Shown in pieces: positions 1 to 11,117 of a stretch of 45,384 nucleotides of DNA. Made by a program: the position numbers and the translations under genes. Numbering within the stretch: position 1 is the first letter of the stretch; every line of letters begins with the position of its first letter. The stretch comes from an uncultured Reichenbachiellaceae bacterium (lineage in GTDB: Bacteria; Bacteroidota; Bacteroidia; Cytophagales; Cyclobacteriaceae), in contig CAXBNB010000001.1 of NCBI GenBank assembly GCA_963976505.1, forward strand, positions 1 through 45,384. The letters run 5' to 3'. The notes beneath the pieces were generated by a model. It ran no database searches. It was given only the letters and a program-made list of their open reading frames with translations, and was not told the origin of the DNA.

Positions 1-3000
1 CATCCTTCGGGAGAAGTCGCACTTACATAGTAACTTCTTGACAGTGGTAACATCGCTCCAAAACTCGTTCCTGTAAATATGGCGTTTCCACCTACATCAT
101 TATCATACCAATCAAAGAATGCGCCTGCAACGCTGCCAGATGCAACAATCGCCACATTGCCTGGCCCACACCTTTCTACGTCTGGAACCGTTGGTTCATC
201 AGGTATATTATAAACGGTTGGTATCACTTCAGTTCTCAGGCTAACGCACCCGTTCGCATCTGTGACATCTACCCAATATGAACCACTTACAGTTAAACCA
301 GGAGTTTGATAACTGTCGCCTACTGAAAGACTCACCTGGCTAACCTCTGTATCATACCAATTAAAAGTTCCTGAAATCCCTGAGCTGGCAGATAAGTTTA
401 CAACCCCAGGTCCACAACGATCTCCATCTGTACCATTTGGTGCGGATAAAATACTGTTTATTGTAGCTACAATTTCAGCCCTTGCCCCTTCACAACCTTC
501 AGCACTTACAGCAGATACCCAATAAGATGTAGTCGCATTGATATCGGCATCGAACATATTTGTGGTATTAAATGATGTCCCCCCAACCGGAGAAGTATAC
601 CAACGGTATTCCCCCCCAACCGATGTTCCTCCAACCGATAGGCTTACAGTGCCAGGCCCACAATTTTCTCCATCAAATACTATTGGCTCACTCGGGATTA
701 CATTGATGGTAACAGTAACTTCTGTTCTGTTGATTGATGTACACCCTTCAGGTGTAGTCACGTCAACATAATAATTTCTTGTAGTGCTCACAATAGGTTC
801 GAACGATGAACCTATAAATGCCGGGCTTCCTCCTGTAGGATTATTGAACCATTCATATACCGCTCCTGAACCGCCACCAGAAGCAAATAAAGTTACCTTT
901 CCAGGCCCGCAATTTCCTACACTTGCCGCAGTAGGATCGGGTGGTATCGGGTGCACAGTGGCTATCAACTCTGTTCGTTCACTAATACAAGTATTGTCAT
1001 CTGTCAATTCGACCCAATAGGATGTTGTTTCGGTGAGCGTAGTAGTAGTATACATTGGCCCACTAAAAAGGCTGACATTGCTTGCCTGCGTCTCATACCA
1101 GTCAAATGTTCCAATAACTGATGAACTGGCACTCAGATCAACCGTTCCAGGCCCACACCTTTCACTATCGTTGCCTACAGGGGCGCTCGGAATATTATGA
1201 ATACTGGCTACAATTTCAGACCTCAACCCTTCGCATCCTGCTGAAGAGACCGCACTTACCCAATAGGATTCTGTAACAGCAATATTGGCATCAAATGTAC
1301 TTGCACTATTAAATGATGAGCCACCACTCTCAGAAGGATACCAGCGATAATTACCACCTGAAGGAGTTCCGGCAACTGTCAATGTAACAATACCAGACCC
1401 ACAATTGAAATTATCAAAGACTATAGGAACACTTGGTATTCCTTGAATTTCAGCAACTACTTCAGTCCTTCCTGCAGAAATACAACCATTGCTACTGGTT
1501 GCAGTCACATAATAAGTTTTACTTGTAGTTAAAGAAGGAGTACCAAAATTATCACCTGTGTGCAATGATGATCCACCAGTAGGATTTTCATACCAGCCAT
1601 AGCTTGCCCCTGCCCCACTTCCTGAAGCACTAAGTGTAACACCCCCAGTGCCACACCTGTCATTGTCATCTGCTGTCGGATTAACCGGAATAGGATGAAT
1701 TATTACTCCTACTTCATCGCGAGGGCTTATACATCCGTTGTTGTCTGTCATTTCAACCCAAAAAGAACGACTTAATGTAACAGAAGGTGAGAACGTAGTA
1801 CCTGTATGTAAGCTTACTGTGCTCGCATCTGTATCATACCAATTGAAAAAATCAGCATTTACCCCCGTTACACTAAGGCCTACACTGCCCGCCCCACATC
1901 GGGAATTCCCTGAACCGGAAGGTGCTGAAGGTGCATCAAAAATCGTCCCTGTTATTTTTTTCCTGCTGCCTTCACAACCTTCTGCGGTTACTATTGATAC
2001 CCAATAATCTGTTGTTGCGGATAAATTCGGGCTAATAGAATTTGCGTTGTTGAAAGAGGATCCTGATACCGCTTGTGTATACCACCGGTATTCACCTCCG
2101 GCCGGAGTCCCACCAACCGATAAATTGACGACTCCAGGGCCACAATTTGAACCAGGAAATCTTGTTGGTTCTCCTGGTATTGAATTGATAGTTACATCCA
2201 CCTTTCTTCTACCCCCCCGTGTTCAGACAGGATAAAGGACTAATCGCGTCAACATAGTAAGACCTTGATGTTGACAAAGAGGGTGTAGGAAAACTAGAAC
2301 CGGTATGTACCGGACTACCACCAGTAGGATTTTCATACCACCTATAGGTAGCGCCAGAAATGCCACCAGAAGCGTTCAGGGTTACAGACCCAGTACCGCA
2401 ACGTTCTTCATGATCGGCCGAAGGTTGTGAAGGTACAGGATGGGCAACCCCTTCAACATCTTTTCTTGTTGCAGAAACGCAACCAGTTTCGTTAATAGTT
2501 GCCGATGCATAATATGATGTAGTCCCTACTCCAATCGATTTAGGAAAATCATCCCCGGTATGCTGAAGGCTTCCTCCCAAAGCTGCATCATACCATCTTA
2601 TGGTATTGCCTGCAAGGGAACCGGAGTATGTCACCTGACCGGAGCCACATCTCTCAGGATTGTTGGTCACAATCCCGTTTGATGATGGCAGCCCATTAAT
2701 TTTTACAATCCTTGTATCAGAATTAGTACAACCCTGAGCATCGGTGAATATATAGGTTATTGTGTGGGAACCCACTCCGGCCATGACCAGATTCATATTA
2801 TCGCCATTTACCCCAGTCCCGGTATAAGTCCCATTTAAAGGGGAGGCTCCATTTAATGTTATTGTACCAACACTAATGCAATATTCAAGGTTAACGCCTG
2901 CATTAACAACAGGAAGCGATTTCACCGTAAAGGTCTTGTCATCGGTGTCTATACACGCACCTATAGTCTTAGTCGCCCTAACTGTATATGTTCCTGCCGG

Positions 3001-4011
3001 TGCAGCATCTGTGTTAAATTTACCATTTTGCACATAGCTACAGCCTACACATGACCAACTTACCCCGCTTGTTGTAGCATTTAATGTTGTTTCTCCTGAA
3101 TTGTTACAATCCGACTGGCTTGCTCCTGCATCAACCACCAAATCTTGTTCAATTAATACTGTAGCATTTTGTGTATTTGCACAACCTTGTGCATTTGTAT
3201 AGGTCTGCGTAATTGTAATTTCTTGAGCTGTAGCAGAACCACTAATATCCAGAAAATGCTCACCAACAATTGCGCCATTCGCGCCGGAACTAAAAGTTCC
3301 CTCATCAACAGAAGTATATTCATATAAATCAACATCAGGTGAATCAGAACATTGGTTAGGAATGTCGTTAAAAGTCCATGATGGTTTTGCATGAACGGTG
3401 ATAGTAAAATCAATCGTACTTGTACCATTGTCAAATACACGTGTAGCCAAAACATTGTAAACCCCAGCCGTATTACCAATAAACAATCCTGAACTGTTGA
3501 CCCCGGAACCAGACCATGCTACACCGTTTGTATAAGTTAGGGTTGAAGCCAGGTCAATACTTCCACCTTCACAAAACGAAAATGCCCCATTTGTTGTCTC
3601 AAAGTCAACAAACTGGACCGATTTCCAATTACTGAACACCAACTGATCATTTTGGTAATACAAAAATTGGCAGGAAGTAATTTCAGGATTGGGGTGCGCA
3701 CCCCAAAATGCATCTCTTTTTCTCTGGTCAATTGTTTTAGTTCCAATCCATGTATTGCTGTTAGCTACAGCAGGGCTACCGCTCCTGTAATATTCAGAAA
3801 TGGAATAAGCGGGGTTTCCAGGCCCAAATCCAGAACAATCGGTAGCCGAACAAGCACCCGAACAACTTCCTGTTGGCAATGCATCAGAAAAACCATAAGA
3901 TCTGTCATTATCTGCAAGGTATTGGCCGTAGGTATTATTAATGAGTTTCCCAAAAACCAAGAATAAAATAATTAAGCCGGGTTTGGCTAACAACCACGAT
4001 GTCCTTTTCAT
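1..4011 (-). pseudogene. Giant secreted Ig-like (Ig_7/CHU-type) repeat surface protein, frameshifted at 2212-2218, running off the left edge
   Basis: ORF 2209-4011 has an N-terminal signal-like segment and Cys/Gly/Thr-rich Ig-like domains. After the G7 tract another frame, translated by hand, stays open to position 1 and continues the same ~80-aa repeat (CGxGxVxL...WY...Y[WY]V...GC). About 11 such repeats lie between 2700 and 1. Confidence 0.85.
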
Positions 4012-4048
4012 AATAGAGTATTACTTTGACCATAAATTACATTTGTTC

Positions 4049-4726
4049 TCAAAGAGTCTTCCTTAGTCCAATTGAAAGGTTTCTCAAATAAAATGCTTCC
4101 TGTTTTCCAGGTTCTTTCCAGATTTTCTCTTTAAGAATGAAAACTTCTTCAGCCCTTAATACAAGTCCTAGTTTTTGTTTAAGGCTGAATACAGCTTCTC
4201 CAAAAACCGAAGGGCCAACTATTGTTTTAACTGGTTGGTTGGTAATTTCAATATTGTTGTAAGACTGGAAATAAGAGTTGAAAGCCACTCCTCCATACAG
4301 GAAGAAAATTCTATTCGCATCTATCAGTTTGTACTTTATGCCTAAGTGAACAGGGATCCTGTTCACTTCCACTTCGTTTCTTTTTTCTACATGAATACCC
4401 ACTCCTACTTCAGCAGTAAAATTTCCATTCAGGCTATAGCCGCCTTCAAATTCAGCCCCCCAACCTTTAGGTATCCAAACAAACCTCCCTCCTACCTGTT
4501 TACTGCCATCAAGGAGCATAGCCGGGGTGAACAAACCACGGGTCTTTTTTGCTTTATTCTTAAAGACATTTTTTTTAACAGGCCCTTTAATTCTCAATTC
4601 TTTTGCCTTTTGTGCAACCCCCTGTTCAAATGTCATTATCAAGATGATGGCAAAAACAATAAATTTTGTATATATAGTACAAGAAAAGAGCAGGCCTTGA
4701 ATTTTTTTTAAAACTTCTCGATTCAT
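4049..4726 (-). CDS. Outer-membrane beta-barrel protein (possibly TraO-like), co-oriented with the adhesin
   Basis: Hydrophobic signal-like segment followed by alternating aromatic/Gly beta-strands and C-terminal LSIGLRKTL. It ends 37 bp before the adhesin start. Confidence 0.6.
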   Translation of the reverse strand: MNREVLKKIQGLLFSCTIYTKFIVFAIILIMTFEQGVAQKAKELRIKGPVKKNVFKNKAKKTRGLFTPAMLLDGSKQVGGRFVWIPKGWGAEFEGGYSLNGNFTAEVGVGIHVEKRNEVEVNRIPVHLGIKYKLIDANRIFFLYGGVAFNSYFQSYNNIEITNQPVKTIVGPSVFGEAVFSLKQKLGLVLRAEEVFILKEKIWKEPGKQEAFYLRNLSIGLRKTL

Positions 4727-4826
4727 ACAGCTTTCACTTTTAATGCTGTCACTTCAACCCATTTACATTCCTTGTAATGGCGGAGTGAGTATTTCAACAA
4801 TTACCTGCGTCATTGGAAATCGTCAA

Positions 4827-5411
4827 TCATTCATAAAATGAGATGACTAACTTTTTTGCATACTTTATAGGTTCTCTTTTATAAGTAATCTTTATGCCCT
4901 GTGCAGCCAGTCTTCCACTTACTCGATGAAGAATCTTTTTTTCAATCAAAGTGTAAGACTTGTAGTTGTCAGGTCTCACACCAAATAATTCGACCAAATC
5001 AGTGAGCACCATTTCCAACTTTGACGGCGTTCTGCTTAACAACCAGTAAGCATAAAGCCTTGCTGAAAATTCATGTTTCAATTCAATCAAATTCCTTTCC
5101 ACCCCCACGGTAAGTTTTTTCATGTCCCTGTAAAAGAACAGCAGCATATCATTACGGGTAATGAGCACCACATCTCTCTGCTCTTTAAAGAACATATACA
5201 ATGGCCAACCTTGAACATCAGCATCACTAATTTGAACTACACCATTGTTATTCATCCATTTGATTAATGGGTTTTCATGTCCTCCCTTAAGTTTCTTTTT
5301 CTTTTCACTTTCCACAACCTTTTTATCGGCAAATGCCAGAACAACACGTTGAACCTCTACCGGGCATAAAACCAGGTAAGTGAGCATCTTTATATCTTCA
5401 ATGTTATTCAC
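4827..5411 (-). CDS. Short Rep_3-like winged-helix protein (divergent paralog of the initiator)
   Basis: Its LKHEFSARLY...LTDLVELFGV...YKSYTLIEKKIL aligns by eye with LKYEWSHKIY...VNELKELLGI...YEKRYDNFKAKVL of the adjacent Rep. Confidence 0.6.
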   Translation of the reverse strand: MNNIEDIKMLTYLVLCPVEVQRVVLAFADKKVVESEKKKKLKGGHENPLIKWMNNNGVVQISDADVQGWPLYMFFKEQRDVVLITRNDMLLFFYRDMKKLTVGVERNLIELKHEFSARLYAYWLLSRTPSKLEMVLTDLVELFGVRPDNYKSYTLIEKKILHRVSGRLAAQGIKITYKREPIKYAKKLVISFYE

Positions 5412-5922
5412 GTTATAAAAAGATCATTTTATATAAAAAATTAAATATATACATAAAATGTGGGTAAAAAATGTTGACTTATATATAGAAAGGCAACATT
5501 TAATTCAAGAAACTTGGCAGAAAAAGAAAGTCAATATTTGGACGAGACTTTATATTTTGCGCGCACCCAGACGGCTTATTTTGTTAAATTATGGGACTTT
5601 TAGGGCTATTTGGTGTTGCTCACTTAACCAACAGTCTTGATGCATCGACTTTTAAACCCTTATTGATTTGCCCGAAACCTATGAACTGTTAGCAAAAATG
5701 AATTCCGGTTATGCTCCACAAGAGTGCAGGTCAGTCGAAACCGTTAATATGTTATAATAGTATGTTAATAGTGAAAAAAACCTAGCGATGGATGTCTTTT
5801 ATTAACAACAAACACATAAAAAAAACTACGTATTTAGAGTTCTGAAATCACCAAAAAGTAGTTACTGGAAATAAATTTCGGGCTATGTCAATTTGTAGCT
5901 TTATGTCTCTTTAATTACTTTT

Positions 5923-7218
5923 TCATACGTCAAGCTTGACAGCCATCTTACCATCGGGGGTATCGATAATCTCGTATCTTGCTCTTTTACACAACTCATC
6001 TACAGTCATACCCATTTCATTGGCCTCCTTTAAAAACTCTTCCAGTGTCCTTGAATATACTTTATTGCCAGCCTTGATTTTCTCACCAAAGTCATCTAAA
6101 CCCATTTGACGACTAGGATTAAATTCTTTTCTCCGTGCCTCAACTTCCTTTATGAAGGTTCCCTGGTACAAAGCTTTAAACAAATACTTGGTCAAATCTT
6201 TAACACCCTTCTTATTACGGCAGATGTCTATGGTCTGCTCCACATAAAAATAGTCCCAGGCAATCATGCCATCTTCGATAATTAAATCTTCACAATAAAT
6301 CTTTCTCCTAATATCATGAATGGTAGATACGGGGATGTCACACCCGGCAAGGTCAATTTCAAACTTGAACCTTAAATCTTTTTGCATTCTCAGCTCCTGA
6401 CGTACATCAGTTTTGAACATCAGTTTTATTTTTAGAACTTCTCTACCTCCCTTTCCACCACGCACTTCTTTAATACCGAATTCAGCCCAGCTGCCCTTCA
6501 ATTCCAGCATAGCAGGTTTCAATACCTTTGCCTTAAAATTATCATATCTCTTTTCATATTTCCCAGCTATACCCAGAAGTTCTTTCAACTCGTTTACCCC
6601 GATTTCAAGCACTCCTTTCCACGGTTGCTTATCTCGAATGAGCCAATAGATTTTATGAGACCACTCATATTTTAAGTCACGTAGCAACTCCAATTCCCCT
6701 CGTGTAAAATGATCTCGGGTCATTGCAAGCAGTTTTTTAAAATCACGCTCAAGTTCTACATTAAAATAGCCATCGGCATACCAAACTTTAGGAAATGGAT
6801 TAAATGTCACACCATTAAAGCGCTTGCCATAGACAGATTCGACATAATCCTTTGGAAGTTCTAATACCCTGCTTTGAATATGCCTTATAATTGTCCTTGC
6901 TTCAGTCCATGCTTTGGCAGTGGCCTTCTTTTGATGCGGCTTGAATATTCTATAAGGAAAGCTATAGATTAGCCGACTAGGTTCTGCCCTGTGATCTATG
7001 GACAACACCTCAGTATATAATCTATGTTCGGATATTTTAAAGACTGAGTTTGATGCATTGATAAGAACATTCGGTTGTACAACTTTATAGAATTCCGGCG
7101 ATACGTTCTTGACAGCTATAGCAAGAGGCAATTCAATCTGTACCCCCTCTCCTACCTCATCTGTGGATTGGATGTCATTCATATTATTTAAAGGGTTCTT
7201 ATTTTCTACACTTTGCAC
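5923..7218 (-). CDS. repA: Plasmid replication initiator, Rep_3 (RepA/RepB) family
   Basis: Motifs VVQPNVLINA, LKYEWSHKIYWL, VNELKELLGIAGKYEKRYDNFKAKVLKPAMLEL, GGKGGREV; lies next to an iteron array. Confidence 0.9.
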   Translation of the reverse strand: MQSVENKNPLNNMNDIQSTDEVGEGVQIELPLAIAVKNVSPEFYKVVQPNVLINASNSVFKISEHRLYTEVLSIDHRAEPSRLIYSFPYRIFKPHQKKATAKAWTEARTIIRHIQSRVLELPKDYVESVYGKRFNGVTFNPFPKVWYADGYFNVELERDFKKLLAMTRDHFTRGELELLRDLKYEWSHKIYWLIRDKQPWKGVLEIGVNELKELLGIAGKYEKRYDNFKAKVLKPAMLELKGSWAEFGIKEVRGGKGGREVLKIKLMFKTDVRQELRMQKDLRFKFEIDLAGCDIPVSTIHDIRRKIYCEDLIIEDGMIAWDYFYVEQTIDICRNKKGVKDLTKYLFKALYQGTFIKEVEARRKEFNPSRQMGLDDFGEKIKAGNKVYSRTLEEFLKEANEMGMTVDELCKRARYEIIDTPDGKMAVKLDV

Positions 7219-7265
7219 TCTCCTACCTCCGCAAGGTACTAAGTAGTGAATAAAATCGCAACCTT

Positions 7266-8411
7266 GTCAACTTTTGGTAGGGAATAAACTCACGCCATTT
7301 ATTCTCTCAATATCATTTTTACACTCATCCTCAGTTTACTTTAGAGGGGGTCAAGAACTAAATCATTGGTTTAATGAGCTTAAATGCCAACTTTTAGTAG
7401 GGGACAAACAAATATTGGCTAAACGAAAATAAATTTTTCTACTAAGCTTTCTCCAAGCTCTTACGTCAACTTTTGGTAGGGAATAAAAGGACATTATTGT
7501 ACCAAACTTCAATTATTGTGATGTTAGCACATGCTATCTCTATAGTTCAAAGTGTCACCTTTCAGTAGGTAACAAACGAATGTTGACTAAGTTTAAAGGT
7601 CTAAAATTCCACATAAAGGCCATTTTGTACGTACCAACATTTGGTAGGGGACTAAACGGCCCCTCTTGTAAGGGAAATGAGTACACAGGCCAACTTCCAG
7701 TAGGACATAAATCATGTTTTGATGCTCTAATGCTGGTTTAAGGTGTCATATCTTAAATATTTATACTTCAAGCTTAGTGTCAACTTTTAGTAGGGATTAA
7801 ACCACCTCCTATTATCATACCAGTATCATTTCTACATTTGTTCACATTTTGATCTGCGGGATTAAAACTGGACAAATTAGCTTGTTAAGCTTAAATGTCA
7901 ACTTTTAGTAGGGAGTAAGCAAATACTGACGAACTAAAAATAAATAGATCTAGCATGGTCTGGTCAATCTGTTATGTCAACTTTTGGTAGGGAATAAAAT
8001 TGACATGAATACCCCGTATCTCAATTTTTTGGCCTTAAGATGGTCTATGACTCTAATTTGCGCGACAACTTATAGTAGGGGATAAACAAAGGTTGGCTAA
8101 AATAATAAGTTTATAAGACTACACGAATCCTCTTTTACATGCGTCACCTTTATGTAGGGCATTAAACTTCTACATTTTTATTTAAATGACTACGCTGGTC
8201 AACTCCCAGTAGGGCATAAACTGTGTTTTGATACTCTAAAGCTTGTTTTCATTCCGTTATGGCTTAAATACTTTTGTTAAAATCCTTAGTGTCAACCTTT
8301 GGTAGGAGATAAAATGCCAGTTGATCAACTTTTAGTAGGGGATGAAGCGGTGTAATGTCAACTTTCAGTAGGAGATAAGGTGGAAACAGTCAACTTTTGG
8401 TAGGGAATAAG
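7266..8411 (+). repeat. Iteron-like direct-repeat array, consensus GTCAACTTTTRGTAGGGRATAAA, at least 16 copies
   Basis: Copies start at 7266, 7386, 7465, 7554, 7633, 7689, 7779, 7897, 7976, 8064, 8143, 8198, 8291, 8324, 8357 and 8389, all in one orientation, directly upstream of rep. Confidence 0.9.
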
Positions 8412-8515
8412 CCTTGTAACTCTCTGATTATCAATAATTTATTTTCCTATAATAAGTAATATAATATAGTTAATATAAAAAGCTTAATAGATATTCACTA
8501 ATTAAGCCTTTTTAA
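8291..8515. promoter_or_regulatory. Probable replication origin core: four iterons at 32-33 bp spacing, IHF-like site and AT-rich unwinding element
   Basis: Iterons at 8291/8324/8357/8389; TATCAATAATTTA (8429-8441) matches the IHF consensus WATCAANNNNTTR; 8430-8515 is very AT-rich. Confidence 0.75.
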
Positions 8516-9211
8516 AGGTGTTTGACCTTCTTCCCAAAATTGGTCAAGCGATTTATACAATTTGCTTCTCTCAATGCCATCTTTAAACAAATAATAAATG
8601 GTGATGCAGAACCCTGCTCACTTAAACAAGCGATAGATGTAAAGCCAAATTTAACCAAATAAAATTTTGCGCGCGAAAAAGTGTTAACGCAATATGGCCT
8701 TGTCGAGTGGTGAGCTAGCCGGATGTGCTGCTGCAGATTTTCCCGAATGGCCATAAGTGTTAATAACAGTCAAAAATATTTGTGGCCTTAATTCGAGTTG
8801 CTCCGCTCCCACTCTATCGAGTTTGATTGTTTTCGGCTTTTAAGTTTTTGGCATCAACACCACAAAAAACACCCGATGTTTACCATACATGGCGAGTTGA
8901 TTAAGAACCTGCATTCGTTCAGGTTTGAATATTACTAACACTTTCAGCTCTCTTTATATTCCTTAACAAGACTCATATACCTGAATCACAATTGATAATA
9001 ATAGCCAATAGGTGTATTTTGTTGTGGCCACTATTTGTCCTATAAAGTGATTCCACTGAATCTAAGAGGTTTACACAAATTAAAACATTTATCAATAATT
9101 GATTGCAACATCTTTTCTCCAGATACAACCTTACCTTGCAATAATTGCAGATAAAGATTCAAGATATTTTCACCTGGATTTAGGAATTTTCACTTAAAAT
9201 TGGGTCTTTCC

Positions 9212-9331
9212 TCACAGACACCAAAAAACGGCTTTCAGCCTAAGATTAAAAAAAACCTCTCGTTACGCTCGTTATCGGTCTCCTACGGACTGCCTCCGAT
9301 TTTTCTCCAATCTTTTATTGTCTAACTGTGA
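9212..9331 (+). promoter_or_regulatory. Nested hairpin element upstream of ssb (candidate ssDNA promoter)
   Basis: Arms TCACAG/CTGTGA (overlapping alternative AGACA/TGTCT), AAGATT/AATCTT and ATCGG/CCGAT around a TCC-TAC-GGA cap. Confidence 0.5.
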
Positions 9332-9395
9332 TTCACGTCAATACCCTTTATTGAAGCGAAAATTAAAATCATTTAAAAACTAAAATTTTACAATT

Positions 9396-9746
9396 ATGAA
9401 AGCTAAAGCAATCGTACCCGGAAGAATTGGACAAGATGCCGAAACAAAAAACTTTGAAAATGGCAATTCAGTTATCGAATTTTAAGTAGCCTCTTCACTA
9501 TTTTACACCGATAAAGACGGAGAACATCAGCAAAAAACAGACTGGCATGATGTAAGAATCTACGCCAAAGAAGTAAACGAAAAATTTCTTGCATGTCTAA
9601 CCAAAGGAACTGAAGTAACCGTAGCTGGTGAGATTTCTTACAGCGAGTACGAAGACATAAACGGCTCCAATCAAAATAGAATGCATGTAGATGCAAACCC
9701 TTCGGATCTCATGATTTGTGGTGGTTCTTCTACACAAGCAGAGTAA
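9396..9746 (+). pseudogene. ssb: Single-stranded DNA-binding protein with an in-frame TAA at codon 30
   Basis: Reads MKAKAIVPGRIGQDAETKNFENGNSVIEF*VASSLFYTDKDGEHQQKTDWHDVRIY...LTKGTEVTVAGEISYSEY, a typical SSB OB-fold; the stop is at 9483-9485. Absent from the ORF track. Confidence 0.88.
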
Positions 9747-9767
9747 GCTTGAAAAAACATCAAAATC

Positions 9768-9799
9768 AAAAAAAAAGGGGTACCTAACTCCTTTTTTTT
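9768..9799 (+). terminator. Intrinsic (probably bidirectional) terminator after ssb
   Basis: A-tract, GGGG, TACCTAA loop, CTCC, T-tract, about 20 bp after the ssb stop. Confidence 0.65.
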
Positions 9800-9910
9800 A
9801 ATACCTAAACTTTTTCCAGAAAGGGAAACTGTTTATCATACATTTTAAATTTGCTCGGATATTCTTTCAATGTCCATTTTTCTGGCATTTGATCTAGTAC
9901 CGGATTATCT

Positions 9911-10168
9911 TTGTTTCACATGGCCTTACAAACTACATCGACTGATATTAAGGAGTTCAAAAAGAAGAATGACTATTCGATAGAAGCGTATATGGGCAGC
10001 AAAAAAACTAATCACATGGCCTTTGTCCACAAGATTACAACCTACGTAGCCTATCTTGAAAAGAACAACATTGAATGGAGTGTAATAAATGTTTATGCCC
10101 GTAGGACCAAACGATTCATACGTAGGTTCTATAAAGATAGGGACATTATACCGGTTCGTGTAGAATAA
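9911..10168 (+). CDS. Hypothetical basic protein (the ATG of MALQ... a few codons in is the likelier start)
   Basis: Open frame with protein-like composition; a TAAATTTG (-7-type box) lies at 9846-9853. Confidence 0.6.
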   Translation: MFHMALQTTSTDIKEFKKKNDYSIEAYMGSKKTNHMAFVHKITTYVAYLEKNNIEWSVINVYARRTKRFIRRFYKDRDIIPVRVE

Positions 10169-11117
10169 CCCCTGCCCAAAAAAGCCTGCCCGCTTAAAAT
10201 CACCAAATTCCCGTCCATCTCATTACACCCTGGAAAAGGACTGCCATTCGAACTCAGGTGATTGGAGATTTATTGCCAACGCACAGCAAATGCTAATGGG
10301 GGAAACAAAAAAAGCCGTTTCCATACACATTTAGCACGGCAATTTCCAATATTAAACCGGTTACAGTATTTTATCTCTGTTTTGCCACCACTGGGGACTA
10401 TGGATTATACTCATAAAATTAAAGGTTAAGTCAAGCAGAGACATCTATAATCAAATGGACTTTTGACATTGCCACTGGTCAGCTTGTCTTATTGATGGCC
10501 AATATAAACTGTTTCTTATGAAGTGAATTAGTGGGTTCGCCCCTTTTTATTTGCACCCGAAAGAACCAGCATCACCATTTATTATTTGTTTAAGCCGCAC
10601 TATGTTGAATAAATTTCTACTCGGTAAACTGCTGTCCAAAACAATCCATCTAGTCCTGTAAGAATAACAAACATCATTTTAGTAGCAACTTTTTCAAATT
10701 TTAAGGATGACTATACTCTTTTTGACCCTTAATCCGGGTCAGTTCTTTTCCTGATTATCCATTTTTCGATATCATTACTTCTTTGTCATGGATACTTTAG
10801 TGAGGCATAAGTATAGTACTTTTATCACTTTGTTTTCTTTTGTATTCGAGTATATCCAATCGATTAATACTAAGTACTCTTACAAGTTCATTTCAATAAT
10901 CAACCATTTTTCAAAATATGTTTGATACAATTTGCGAATACTTCAAATTGGTTTTGTATTCAAAGGTTAAAATCAAATCCCAAAATATTAAAAAGAAGGT
11001 TGTCACTTATCCTTTTTCTCTACCATCCTAATGTTCACAAACAGAACATTATTGTAAGCCTTAATGCAACAATTAGAAATTTCCTCCTGAGTTAAAAAAA
11101 AGTAAAAGTGTCTAAGT

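Noticed and set aside
538-2235. Short + strand ORFs (538, 784, 1738, 2047)
   Set aside because: Antisense shadows of the continuous minus-strand Ig-repeat frame.
7266-8411. CRISPR array
   Set aside because: The repeats are degenerate and non-palindromic, spacers range from about 10 to 97 bp and are homologous between the two blocks, no cas genes are present, and the array abuts a Rep_3 gene.
8512-8754. 80-aa minus-strand ORF beside the origin
   Set aside because: No recognisable motif or operon context; cannot be supported.
9483-9485. Stop-codon reassignment (alternative genetic code)
   Set aside because: TAA ends many intact genes in this window, including ssb itself; a single case is better explained by mutation or error.
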